Positions 28,157 to 41,519 of a stretch of DNA of 64,000 nt are shown here, piece by piece (position 1 is the first letter of the stretch; the number at the start of each line of letters is the position of its first letter). Position numbers and translations under genes: made by a program. Under the pieces are notes generated by a model. The model saw nothing but the letters and a program-made list of their open reading frames with translations. It made no database searches and had not been told where the DNA came from. Origin of the DNA: Eledone cirrhosa (Eukaryota); assembly GCA_964016885.1 (NCBI GenBank), contig OZ024742.1:190464001-190528000 (forward strand), read 5' to 3'.

Positions 28157-28199
28157 ACGATGTACTAGTTTCAAGCTTCTTAGCTATCATCAGCACCGT
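28157..28199 (-). ncRNA. Minimal type I hammerhead ribozyme
   Basis: Identical to 27706-27748. Confidence 0.85.
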
Positions 28200-28438
28200 A
28201 TACCCTTCTGCCAGATGGTTGAACGTTCGAAAGTATATACTTTCCTTATGAAAATTAACGGCTGAGCAGCCTAATTTGCATATCCAGTGAGTTCAGTCGG
28301 CCAGGCGCACCGAAAACGATAAGTTGTAATAGAATGAAAACGAAATTTCATTTCTCACTCTTAGTACGGCACTTACTTAAATGTAAGTATGTATGTATAC
28401 TACATACATATATGTATACAGACGTACAGTAGCATGCA

Positions 28439-28492
<54 letters not shown>

Positions 28493-28642
28493 CATGTACA
28501 CATACATATATGTACGTATCAGTTTAGCGGACGTTTATTATAACGCCCGCTTTGTCCGTTCGTAAACAAGCGGACAGCCTGAATTTATGCCGTACGGTGT
28601 TAAGGCAACCACGTCACCTTTTTGTTCAACACTGACACAGGA

Positions 28643-28685
28643 ACGATGTACTAGTTTCAAGCTTCTTAGCTATCATCAGCACCGT
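28643..28685 (-). ncRNA. Minimal type I hammerhead ribozyme
   Basis: Identical to 27706-27748. Confidence 0.85.
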
Positions 28686-29169
28686 TTAACCTTCTGCCAG
28701 ATGGTTGAACGTTCTATTTTTCTATTTCCCACTCTACTACCCTAAGTATTGAGTACTCTGCAGATGTGTTAAACCCCTTTAATTTTGTATCAATTTTGTA
28801 ATTTCTACCAGTTTTTTTTCTATTCTCAACCTATTAACCTGTAATTGTAAGATAGCATTGTGATTTTTTTTTTCATTTCTCACTATCTAATTTAATATAT
28901 TTTTTTATTCATTTCTAGTATCTTTTATTATCTCCTACTCTCATTCGATTTACCTATTCTATTACCTCACTCCTCCACTTCATACACTATCCTTAGAATC
29001 TGCTGTATACATATCACTTTCAACGCCTGACTGCTCCACTCACTCCCCTCTTGTTCTACAGGCAAGTTCAGCCACCCTACCACCCACCAAATTCTATGAT
29101 AGACTTATTTGTGTTTACAACAAATTTTCATCAATTCTCTTGACAACTACAATCTTCCCATATAAGGAA

Positions 29170-29268
29170 TACCCCCTTGACAAATTCGGCTATTTATTCA
29201 CCAGGCTAAACATTCTAATTTAGTCCAGAAATAGCCGTCGAAACGGCTTGAGCTCTGCCGTCGGAGTC
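29170..29268 (+). ncRNA. Hammerhead-like motif with TTGACAA (U3-A8) core and long stem II
   Basis: acccc-c-TTGACAA-attCGGCTATTT...AAATAGCCGtc-GAAA-CGGC ttgagctct GCCG-TC-ggagt. Confidence 0.6.
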
Positions 29269-29277
29269 ATACCTTTT

Positions 29278-29339
<62 letters not shown>

Positions 29340-29388
29340 TACTTAAGGATCTGTTTTTCTTTTTTTCTTCTTTGATTCGTCAAAGTGA

Positions 29389-29442
29389 CATTATTGAAAA
29401 AGAGAGAGGAACTATTCTTTTAGAAAAAGGAGTTTTATAATG
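29389..29442 (+). ncRNA. Candidate hammerhead with TTGAAAA (U3-A8) core
   Basis: catta-TTGAAAA-aGAGAGAG gaacta TTCTTTTa-GAAA-AAG gag TTT-TA-taatg. AT-rich, so could be chance. Confidence 0.4.
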
Positions 29443-30769
29443 CATATAAAATATATAAAATATGACTGGCTTCGATGTATCAGTGTAAACCATCTTATCA
29501 CGTTTGAATATTACAATTAAAACAATTTAAAAATCAAAAATTTCAACTTGAGTGTTGAAAGGTCTGTTAATCTTTCTTGTTGCGAATATATGTATATATC
29601 TATATATTAATTTCAACAATGTCAGTATTCCGTGTGTCATAATTCTCGATTATCATTTGTTCATAGGTTTCAATCGACTCCGCCCAACTCAACGACGGCA
29701 AACTTAAATTAATATGCATAATGCCAATGAGGGAGTGAGAGGGGAGAGTAAGAAATAGAGAGGCAAAGTGAACGCTGTGTTGGATACATTATGTATATGT
29801 GTCAGTGTAGAGATATGTGTGTGTGTGATGTGTGTGGAAATAAGAGGGAAAGGAAAGCAATAATTATTAACATGTGTGCGTGTGTATTTACGTGCGCGTA
29901 TGTTTATGTGTGTGTGCGTGCGTGCAGCGTTCCACAGAAAGTAAAAACTATCAACATGTGTGAGTGTGTGCACGTATGTAAGTGCAGGGGTGTGTGTGTA
30001 AGTTTGCGTGCGTGTGCGCGTTTCCATGCGTGTATGTGTGTCTACGTGCGGCGTTCCACAATCGCCACGCAGTTTATCTGTGTGTGTGCCTGTCTGTCAG
30101 TCTAACATACACAGAATTGTGAAGGGAGTAAATAGGGACCTTTTTTTACATTGACGGACATCTTTTATATTTATTATTGCTCGAAATGAATACTGATAAT
30201 GAAAGCAATTCGACTTTATCAAACAGTTACCATACCTCATTTTTGCATGATATAAGTAAGTTGGGCGATTGGAAAATCGAAAGATTTTAAATATTAGTCC
30301 CGTTGGTAACTGCAAAAACGGCGCAAAGTGACGATTCAGCGCACTTCAGAAGCTTGACAGTAGTAGTTAACCAAGGAGGGGTGCCATGTTGGGTTGGGGG
30401 TCATCTGATGAGCTGTGTCGCTAAGCAAATAAGCAGCAAATCCGTTAATCGCTAATAATTCTGTTGGCTTTCTGCACCCTGACATTGTAAGTGTAAGCGC
30501 TCACTACATGTGGGTTGCTTTGTGTAATACTAAGTTAGTAAGTTCAAAACTTGGAGTTTAAGTGTTCAGAAATGGAATTGGTTAGATACAGTACTCTAAC
30601 ATAAAGGCATTAAACATGGGTTTTATTGAAAAGCCAATGTGGGCTTGCCGAGTAGTGTTAAGGTTGCAAGCAAAAATACTGTTGTTTAAGTGAAAACGAA
30701 TGGAGTCACTTACGTTTAAAAGGACAATTCGTGTAATGTAAATTCAGTAGGGAACGCACGCGTTTATAT

Positions 30770-31125
30770 ACCAAGAACAATCTTCCCGCGATCCGACACC
30801 TCGAAATATCGACAAAATAAACTCATTTCTAATAAGTTGTTCCCTCGTTTTGGAGGACTGAGTTGTGGGAGGAGGAAGGGGAGTAGTGGGAGGGAGGGTT
30901 TAACATACAGTAGTAGTATCTCCTCTTTTCCCTCTCTCACTGAAACATCTTCTCTTTCCTCCTCCATTGTAAAGATGTTCCCAGCGGTTCCATTATTTGA
31001 ATATTAGCTTAACATGTGTGTAAAGTTTCATCAGGATCGGATCACTGGTGTAGGCACGAACTGGTTATACACAAATACACAGATACACGAACAGACAGAT
31101 AGATATTGCCATTTATATAGTAGAT
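30770..31125 (+). mobile_element. Helentron/DINE-1-like element 3' part
   Basis: aaagtttcatcaggatcgg...acagacagatag...tttatatagtagatt terminus. Confidence 0.5.
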
Positions 31126-31649
31126 TATTATCTACAGTGTTAAACCCATCGAAACCCATTCTGAATCATGTGCAATTACAAATACTTATTAAAGGCATAA
31201 AACAAAACCTACTATTAAAATCATTAATTGGAAAATTCAAATCCAATCAACGCAAAAAATAAATAAGAGAAACTTGAATCAAATGTAATAAAAAAAACGA
31301 TTTAAAGTCTCTTTAAAGCTAAACGTTATTGAACTTTACCTAGGTAATTTATTCAACAATAATTGTCTAAATATAAAATGAATTACTAAAATATCCTAAA
31401 ATATTCAAGTAGAAAGCTAACGAAATTATTGAATAGATATCTATAAACGAAATAAATATTAAATTTTACCCTAAACATTTAAACTGAATAAATACATATG
31501 ATCCAAATGAATTACTAAAGTAAATATAATATTACACAAAATAAATATTATTTAAATGAATTAAAATTTAAAATTACCCAAAATGACGCAAATAAAATAG
31601 AATAAAATTAGTAAAAATTAATAATGAAATCGTCTCTAAGCCAACAGTA

Positions 31650-31810
31650 ACTAAGCCAGAATACTGGTGGCTTAGTTCGGCTCTAGCTGTCGAAACGGCC
31701 GGTGCTCAGTCATCGGGATCCTGACTCTTTTCATATTACACACTCTACTACCCATAGTATCGAGTATTCTGGTGCGTTATGGTCCACCTGGTATCTTACC
31801 AAACCTTCTT
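31650..31810 (+). mobile_element. Degenerate PLE-type end (hammerhead 3' half and tail)
   Basis: gtcgaaacggcc...tcgggatcc...cactctactacc..agtat.gagta, homologous to 21510-21610. Confidence 0.55.
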
Positions 31811-31818
31811 TGTTATAG

Positions 31819-31928
<110 letters not shown>

Positions 31929-32533
31929 CGTGAAATTCGGAACTGTATATGTAGAAAGGAAGAATAACTGCCACAAGACATTTTACATTGCTAATTCGCT
32001 GCTTGTTTGATAATGAAATAAAATTACTAAGTATGAAGTGGAAAAACGTTACGCGAAGTTAAAACTAAATTAATAGCGAGTTCGCTATTCCTTGGGCCGT
32101 CCGATAATCTGAAGTCCATCTTGTGAATTAATAAATAAGTGGTTGAACATTCCACAGATATGTGTACCCTTAACGGAATTCTCAAAACGAATAAGCGTAA
32201 AACTAGATGTGACAAGGCAAACTAGATCTTTGAATTACAGGTAAAAATCAATCCGGTCGAGTTTTAATGGGTTTAATCTGTCCAATTTTACTCACCGAAA
32301 GATTGAAATTGGGACCTCATTTGTGAAAACTAGTTAACTACTGAGGCATGATTTATTTCTGGCGAGGAAGGTGGCACGGTTATGTATATATTGTATCAGG
32401 CCTCCAGTAGGTAGTATTTTTCAGTTGTGGATGAAAAAAATGTACTATTTTAATTGCATTTGCCTTTTGTATGATTCATTCTGGTTACTTGAAGCATTTG
32501 GTATTTTATTACTGAGTCGAGCTGTATAAGGTA

Positions 32534-32608
<75 letters not shown>

Positions 32609-33150
32609 TGTGTGTGTGTGTGTGTAAAAATAATAACAAAATTAACAAAAGAAACGGCATAGTATATGGAATACATATATTAATTTAATGCTTGTAAAAT
32701 AAGAGAAATGTAGATTCACAGTTAAATTAGGTGAAACCTCAGTTAAGGGTACTCAAAACACTAGTATATACTCATATTCAATATAGAAATTGTTCCTACA
32801 GGCAATGAAAAAACGGCTCGAATTACATAGGCATGCGCATTAAGACATTTCAATAAAGCCATGTTTAGAAAGATTTCGAAAGTGTGTGAATACACCAAGG
32901 AACTATATATTAGCGTGGGTGTATTGTGATACAATCAGTTACAAAGAAGTAATCCACTTGTGTTCTTTAATGGTTTTTAAATGTAGAAAATCTGGTAATC
33001 CGACATCTTAGTTGATTCTTACCGCAAGCAACATACAAATACCCACATATTATAATATGTGGTTGTGTATGTTTAAACATATTAATATTATGAATACGTT
33101 TAAAAACATACAAGCACAAATGTTTATATATATATGTATGTATATATATA

Positions 33151-33285
<135 letters not shown>

Positions 33286-33305
33286 ATGTATATATATTTG
33301 TATAT

Positions 33306-33360
<55 letters not shown>

Positions 33361-33361
33361 G

Positions 33362-33431
<70 letters not shown>

Positions 33432-33522
33432 CAAAGACAAGAAGAGAGCAACAGTTTTGCAATCCAATGGAATGATGGTATATTAGCTTAAGAGTTTATC
33501 TACATAGGAATATATATGTATA

Positions 33523-33569
<47 letters not shown>

Positions 33570-33599
33570 ATATCTATATATATATATATAATATATATA

Positions 33600-33673
<74 letters not shown>

Positions 33674-33707
33674 TATATATATATTATATATATATATATA
33701 TATACAT

Positions 33708-33779
<72 letters not shown>

Positions 33780-33903
33780 TAAAGTCAGGAAGAGAAGCAA
33801 CAGTACAGCAATCCGATAGAGAATGATGGTATATTAGCTTAAGAGTTTATCTACATATGAATATATATATATATATATATATGCGTGTGTGTGTGTGTGT
33901 GTC

Positions 33904-33989
<86 letters not shown>

Positions 33990-34097
33990 TGTGGATAACA
34001 AGCTTTTAAGCTAATATACCATCATTCCATTGGATTGATGTACTGTTGTTTATATAGTTATACGTATATATATCTATATACATCCACACACACATAG

Positions 34098-34135
<38 letters not shown>

Positions 34136-34165
34136 TTATATATATATATATATATACACATATAC

Positions 34166-34212
<47 letters not shown>

Positions 34213-34426
34213 TTATATATATTTACATATATTCATATATATATATGCATATATATATATATAAGTATATCAAGCGTTAAGTTAATATAACATTATTGCG
34301 TTGCATTGTTCTCTTGTGTTGCTTTTCGTGTTCACTTTACTTTAATATGATTTTACTTGTATGTATTAATGTTACCTCTAGCTAGAAAAAACTTACCTAC
34401 ATATATGTCTATTTAGATGTATACAC

Positions 34427-34469
<43 letters not shown>

Positions 34470-34533
34470 TATTTATTATATTATATTATATTATATATAT
34501 ATATATATATATATCCATATGCGTGCTTATATT

Positions 34534-34614
<81 letters not shown>

Positions 34615-34827
34615 CACGTAACACGTAAATACATGTTTCTATACATTAAAGAAATAATGTAAGTAAATTATGGCACATAAAAACGTTGAGAAAACATAAG
34701 AGAAAGAAATATATGGAAGTTAGGAGAGATAGTAAGGTAAGATAATAAATTTAGTTCGTTGGAAAGGAAGATAAGGATTATATATATGTAAATGTATTTA
34801 TAAATGTGTGTATATATATATATATAT

Positions 34828-35345
34828 TTCGCTTCTGAAATAGTTTAGCAAGATTCTTTATCTTAGAGGCAATAAACATAAATGAACTCCAACCAAAATT
34901 AAATAGAAAACATGAATGGAATAGCAACATCACAACTTACAATTAAGGACAAAATGAAAACACACACACACTCATAGAACAAACAACCAACCAGTAACAT
35001 GTAAATAAACAAATAAATAAACAAATAAAAACACACACAGACACCCGGATGCAACACATGCTCAAACTAAGCACACAACACACACAAAAACAAGATGGCG
35101 TAGGACAGAACAAAGGAGAGGCATAAAACAAAGAAAAGAACCCCTAGTCACTGAAGAGGTCACAGAATGTGTGACGAATGAACTTTGACAATATATGAAC
35201 AACCGTCCGGTTGTGGAAGCAACCAACCAACCGGAAATTTATAAATTTTTAAAATTTATAATTTAATTTATAATAAATTGGAGTGAAAGCAACTGGTGCG
35301 TGTGTTTCTTATTGGCAACATGACCCTCCCAAAGTATAACAATAT
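34828..35345 (+). mobile_element. Solo pLTR of the PLE at 61500-63110
   Basis: High similarity to 62570-63053. HHR at 35147-35189 has GAAT instead of GAAA. Confidence 0.85.
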
Positions 35346-35454
35346 ATATGTTCATGTGTGTGTGTAGATCCCAACTGAGATCGGTGGTAAGCACAGTTGA
35401 AAGGGTACACAATACATTAGAAGAGTGCCAACATCATTATTCAATATAGAAACG

Positions 35455-35505
35455 GCTTCTACAGAACTAGAACTGTTTCATTCATGTGGAATCATCCAGA
35501 ATTGA
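35455..35505 (-). pseudogene. Degenerate hammerhead of the 37873 family
   Basis: ttc-TGGATGA-ttccacatgaat-GAAA-CAGttctagttCTG-TA-gaag. Confidence 0.5.
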
Positions 35506-35554
35506 TATTATATATATATATATAAGTGGTTAAACAACAGTTAGTTCACCATAC

Positions 35555-35592
35555 CGAGAAAAATTGTTTCACCTTAGCGGATCCTCAGCTCG
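35555..35592 (-). ncRNA. Minimal hammerhead-like motif
   Basis: cgag-CTGAGGA-tCC gctaa GGt-GAAA-CAATTT-TT-ctcg. Stem III mismatched. Confidence 0.5.
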
Positions 35593-36026
35593 TAATGGAC
35601 ATGGTTATATATATAAATATATATATAAACAATGAGTTTTATGGTTTGTTGATTATTCAACGAAGTTAATTTTACAACAGATTAGAAGCATAATTATGTG
35701 GTTCCTTCCAAACTCATGTATATATCTATGTGAGTATATATCTATAACTAACTCTACACTAAGTCTACATTTACTTTTCACCCTATAATAAGAACCACAT
35801 AAACAATATAAACAAGGTTTTTTTTCAAAATGTATCAAGTGTCTAAATTTAACGGCTCTTTTCTGTTTTAACGTATCCTCATTAACATATATCCCTTAAG
35901 ATTTGAATTTTAGAATCCCTACCTTGAATGGGCTTATACGATTAAGATAACATGAAGGGATGTAACTATCTTAACACCAAATATTATATTTTATCTGACG
36001 AAAGCGTACTCAAATATTAGTACCCT

Positions 36027-36580
36027 TCGGTAGAGGGTCGGACGTCATGCTTTGAAGCAGAATTACGTTCCTTTAGATCTGAGTTCAAATCCCGCCGAGG
36101 TTGACTTTGCCTTTCATCCTTACGGGGTCGATAAAATAAAGTACCAAAAATGCACTGGGTAATTGCTGGCCTTGTACCAAAATTAGAAACAATTATAAAT
36201 GGTGGATTGGGCGTATCGGTAGAGGGTCGGATGCCATGCTTTGAAGCATAGAGTTACCTCCCTTTATGATCTGAGTTCAAATCCCGCCGAGGTTAACTTT
36301 GCCTTTCATCCTTACGGGGTCGATAAAATAAAGTACCAAAAATGCACTGGGTAATTGCTGGCCTTGTGCCAAAATTAGAAACAATTATAAATGGTGGATT
36401 GGGCGTATCGGTAGAGGGTCGGATGCCAAGCTTTGAAGCATAGAGTTACCTCCCTTTATGATCTGAGTTCAAATCCCGCCGAGGTTAACTTTGTCTTTCA
36501 TCCTTACGGGGTCGATAAAATAAAGTACCAGTAATGCACTGGGTAATTGCTGGCCTTGTGCCAAAAGTAGAAACAATTAT
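36027..36580 (+). mobile_element. Head-to-tail trimer of tRNA-derived SINE
   Basis: Three family cores; units start at ~36027, ~36198 and ~36389. Confidence 0.9.
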
Positions 36581-36810
36581 ATAATATATGTAGTAATAAA
36601 CAGTAAATTGTGTTTAAAATTCGTAGGGCGAAACAGATTAAATCTCTAATCTGTCCAGGAGATCTTAGTTATTGAAACGGTCAGTACATTTTACTTTTTA
36701 TCCTGTATTTTCCGTTTGCTTCAGGTTAAATCTGTCAAACCAACGTGGTATTTCTATCCTCGTAATTTTAAACACACAATTTACTGTGTTTATTACAACA
36801 TATATTATAT
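36579..36810. repeat. ~230 bp element with ~42 bp imperfect inverted ends
   Basis: ataatatatgtagtaataaacagtaaattgtgtttaaaatt / aattttaaacacacaatttactgtgtttattacaacatatattat. Confidence 0.7.
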
Positions 36811-37494
36811 ATGTATATATATATATATTTGAATAAAGGAAAAGAATGACTCCACTTGTAGTTCTAAGCAATTTAATTTTATAATATTATAATTTTACAA
36901 TATGGATCTAGTATGTTCTTTGTTAACTTCGGTGGGGAGATTTTTAAAAAGATTCCTGGTTAACTTTCCTGGAAACCTTTTTCGCATTCGTCGGTGGTGA
37001 TTGTCAAACTGATTCAGGTTGTGTCGTGATGTGTGACTCTATATATAAGACATTTGTGTGTCTGGGGTGGGGATGTTAATGAGTATGGGAGTGAAGGAGT
37101 GCTGATTTAACGGAAATAAAGTATATATACACACAATCGTCCTGTTTATTGTCATATATATGTTTTTTTTTCATTTTACCAGCTATCTTCTGTCATTGCC
37201 CAACCAGCCAACCTTCAATTGATTATATCCAAATAGAGCTGAAAGAAAACAGCTTGATGGAGAGTGGAATTGTGAGGTGTTGGGGTGTTTAAGGAGTGTT
37301 TTAGAAAGGGCTTGGGATAGTGCCCTCCTGCTGGTTCCATTTCAATAGACAGCATTTGGTGAATAAAATATAATGGCCAGTTGCTTTTCAAATTTTTTTC
37401 TTATAGCTAAATAAATCTCAAATTTATGAAGAAAAAACTTCAATGTTCTATATTAAAGATGAATTTATGTTTGTGTCTGCGATTAATGAGGTGT

Positions 37495-37591
37495 AACATA
37501 CATTTCTATCAACAAATATTCCAAAACTAACTTTATTTTTTTATAAAAAATAAGGTTAGTTTTGGAATATTTGTTGATAGAAATGTATGTT
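37495..37591. repeat. Hairpin with ~37 bp perfect arms
   Basis: aacatacatttctatcaacaaatattccaaaactaac...gttagttttggaatatttgttgatagaaatgtatgtt. Confidence 0.9.
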
Positions 37592-37872
37592 GTTTATATT
37601 AGTTTGGGATGTGAGGTGGGGGGAAATCATGCTAGCTCACATATTTACTTCCCTACATATAAACATACATACAGCCCATATAAATATTCTAGTTTCATAT
37701 ATACCCATATATTTACACATGCACGTACGCTCACACATATATACTTATATATACTTACATACACACACATACACATATACACACACAGACATATATATAT
37801 ATGCATATATACATACACATATCCACATACATATGCATATATATATATATATATATATTATTTTATAGAAGG

Positions 37873-37923
37873 AGCTTCTACAGGACTAGTACTGTTTCAT
37901 TCAGATGAAATCTTCAGGAAGCT
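37873..37923 (-). ncRNA. Type I hammerhead ribozyme
   Basis: agcttc-CTGAAGA-tTTCA tc TGAAt-GAAA-CAGtACTAGTcCTG-TA-gaagct. Perfect 6 bp stem I. Confidence 0.8.
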
Positions 37924-38421
37924 GGGTGTCATATTAAGTTCTGGTATTTATACATTTAGTAAGGGAGGGGTGGTGGTTGGGGGGGATTTTTGGGGGTAGG
38001 ATGGTATTTAGATACACAGGACCACAACATGGCACAGGCCGTTTTTTCTTTGGGGAGTGGTCAATTAGCCAGAGTGCTTTTTTGAAATAAATAAATAAGT
38101 AAATAAATAAATAAATCAATAGATAAATGAATAAATAAATAAAGAAAATAAATAAAAAAATAAATAAATAAAAACCCCAAGAATAGTAATTCAACAGATA
38201 TATAGTAGGGAAATTATTTTAGGTGGGTTGGTAATAGAAATTAAACAGTAAACATGGCACAGACTGAGGTGAGTGGTCAAGTTAACATACAAGCCACAGG
38301 TGGCCAGAGTGTTTTTGTAGAATGAAAAGAATAAAATATATTTACATACTCACAACCACATACAAAAACACTTACACACACATATATATATATATATGTG
38401 CATACCTACACACACCCACAT

Positions 38422-38452
<31 letters not shown>

Positions 38453-38739
38453 TATACACACACATATGTGTGTGTGCATACACATATACATACACATACA
38501 CACGTGCGCATACACATACATATATATATATATATATAATATATACATATATATATACATATATATATATACACACCTACATGTATGTATGTCTCTCGGT
38601 ATAAACTATACTATACATACACATACATACATATGCACACACATACATACACATACATACACACACACAAACACATACATTCACACATATATACATATAT
38701 ACATATACACACACACATAGATATATAATCTCATATATA

Positions 38740-38818
<79 letters not shown>

Positions 38819-38841
38819 GTGTATGTGTGAGTATGTATATA

Positions 38842-38881
<40 letters not shown>

Positions 38882-39699
38882 CATATATACATACTCACAC
38901 ATACACATATACAAGCCCCCCGACTGACCCCCCACCCATATCACCACCTCACCCGTCCCCCATCCCAATTCCGTCCCTCCATCTCTCATTATTACCCTCT
39001 TTCCTCCCCTCTATCTCTCATTATTACCTTCTTTCCTCCCCCCCCAGGTCTTATATATTGTGTTGTATGCGTCTGAGTATAGTTCCGTGGCCGCACACAC
39101 AAATTCACGTATATACCTGCTCATGTTTGCATACGTGCAGTTATGAACTGCTGCACGCACACGTTCGTGATTTATTTATCTATTTATCTGTATATTTATT
39201 TATTTATTTATTTATTTAGTTACTTTATTTACTTATTTATTTATTTATCTATTTATTTATTTATTTGTTTATTTACTTATTTACTGGTTTATTTGTTTAC
39301 CTGTTTGTTTGTTTGTTAGTTAACTCATTCATTTATTTATTAATTTATGAGTGAATGATTAGGTAATGAATAGATAAAGGATAAAAGATAGGTAACGAAT
39401 AGTGAATGGTAAATAGTAAATAATAAATAGTAATTAATTACTTGATGATGATATTAATAACTTAGTAGTGATATTAATTATTTTAATCCTCTATCAGGCC
39501 CAGTTTAAAATTTAAAATTTAAAATTTAAAATTTGTCCCACTACCATTATATTATAGACACATGTATGAGTGCGAACGAGTGCGTATTTGTGCATATGCG
39601 TTTATGTGTACTTATTTGTATGTATGTATGTGTATGTATGCGTGTGTGCTTGTATATGTGTATGTATGAGTATGTATATATGTATATATATATATATAT

Positions 39700-40258
39700 A
39701 TGTAAGTATGTATGTATACGTACATACATATATGTATACAGACGTACAGTAGCATGCATATATATATATATATATATATATACATACAGGTACACATACA
39801 TATATGTACGTATCAGTTTAGCGGACGCTTATTATAGCGCCCGCTTTGTTCGTTTGTAAACAAACTGAACAGCCTGAATTTATGCCGCACGGTGTTAAGG
39901 CAACCACGTCACCTTTTTGTTCAACACTGCCACAGGAACGATGTACTAGTTTCAAGCTTGTTAGCTATCATCAGCACCGTATACCCTTCTGCCAGATGGT
40001 TGAACGGTCGAGAGTATATACTTTCCTTATGAAAATTAACGGCTGAGCAGCCTAATTTGCATATCGAGTGAGTTAAATCGGTCAGGCGCACCGAAAACGA
40101 TGAGTTGTAATAAAATGTCAGTGTTGAACAAAAAGGTGACGTGGTTGCCTTAACACCGTGCGGCATAAATTCAGGCTGTTCAGTTTGTTTACAAACGAAC
40201 AAAGCGGGCGCTATAATAAGCGTCCGCTAAACTGATACGTACATATATGTATGTGTAC

Positions 40259-40325
<67 letters not shown>

Positions 40326-40415
40326 TGCTACTGTACGTCTGTATACATACATACTTACATTTAATGAAGTGCCGTACTGAGAGTGAGAAATGAAATTTCG
40401 TTTTCATTTTATTAC

Positions 40416-40418
<3 letters not shown>
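39700..40418. mobile_element. Retrozyme-like unit (minus) fused to an inverted partial unit (plus, 40116-40418)
   Basis: Same family as 27361-28714. Confidence 0.85.
39938..39980 (-). ncRNA. Minimal type I hammerhead ribozyme
   Basis: Identical to 12038-12080. Confidence 0.85.
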
Positions 40419-40486
<68 letters not shown>

Positions 40487-41519
40487 TATATATGAGATTA
40501 TATATGTATGTGTGTATATGTATATATGTATATATGTGTGAATGTGTTTGTGTGTGTGTGTATGTATGTGTATGTATGTGTGTGCATATGTATGTATGTG
40601 TATGTATAGTATAGTTTATACCGAGAGACATACATACATGTAGGTGTGTATATATATATATGTATATATATGTATGCGTATGCGCATGTGTGTATGTGTA
40701 GATATATATATGTGTGTGTATGTGTATGCGCGTGTGTGTGTATATTTGTGTGTCTGTGTTTTTTCTTGTGTATATATGTATATATGTGTATGTATGTATG
40801 TGTGTGTGTGTGTATATGTATGTGTGTGTATGTGTATGTATATGTGTATGCACACACACATATGTGTGTGTGTAAGTGTTTTTGTATGTGGTTGTGAGTA
40901 TGTAAATATATTTTATTCTTTCCATTCTACAAAAACACTCTGGCCACCTGTGGCTTGTATGTTAACTTGACCACTCACCTCAGTCTGTGCCATGTTTACT
41001 GTTTAATTTCTATTACCAACCCACCTAAAATAATTTCCCTACTATATATCTGTTGAATTACTATTCTTGGGGTTTTTATTTATTTATTTTTTAATTTATT
41101 TTATTTATTTATTTATTCATTTATCTATTTATTTATTTATTTATTTACTTATTTATTTATTTCAAAAAAGCACTCTGGCTAATCGACTACTCCCCAAAGA
41201 AATAACGGCCTGTGCCATGTTGTGGTACTGTGTATCTAAATACCATCCTACCCCCCAAAATATTGTATGCCCTTTGTGTTTGTGTAGCCTCTGCACACCC
41301 TCTGCACCCTACTATCGACGCCACCCCATCTATGGTTCAGCTAACCACTCGACTCCCGGGAATGAATATGACCGCAGCTAGTAAACAAGGACCCACACCC
41401 CACCCTCCCGCACCAAAATTAGACTTATCGTCCCCTACTTTTGCTCTTTACTCTCTTTACTCTTTGTTCTTGAATGTTTGGTTGGTAGAGTCCATAACAC
41501 CAATCAAACCTCTTTTATA

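Larger units (their letters stand above)
27361..28714 (-). mobile_element. Retrozyme-like tandem array, ~3 units
   Basis: Near-identical units with identical HHRs at 27706, 28157 and 28643 (periods 451 and 486 bp). Confidence 0.85.
37986..41261. repeat. Large inverted repeat, ~780-820 bp arms (37986-38760 / 40440-41261)
   Basis: gggggtaggatggtatttagatacacag...gccagagtgcttttttgaaa is mirrored at 41160-41260. Confidence 0.9.

Noticed and set aside
30405-30450. CTGATGA-GCTG...CAGC-AAA hammerhead-like motif
   Set aside because: Lacks G12, and no stem I or stem III pairing.
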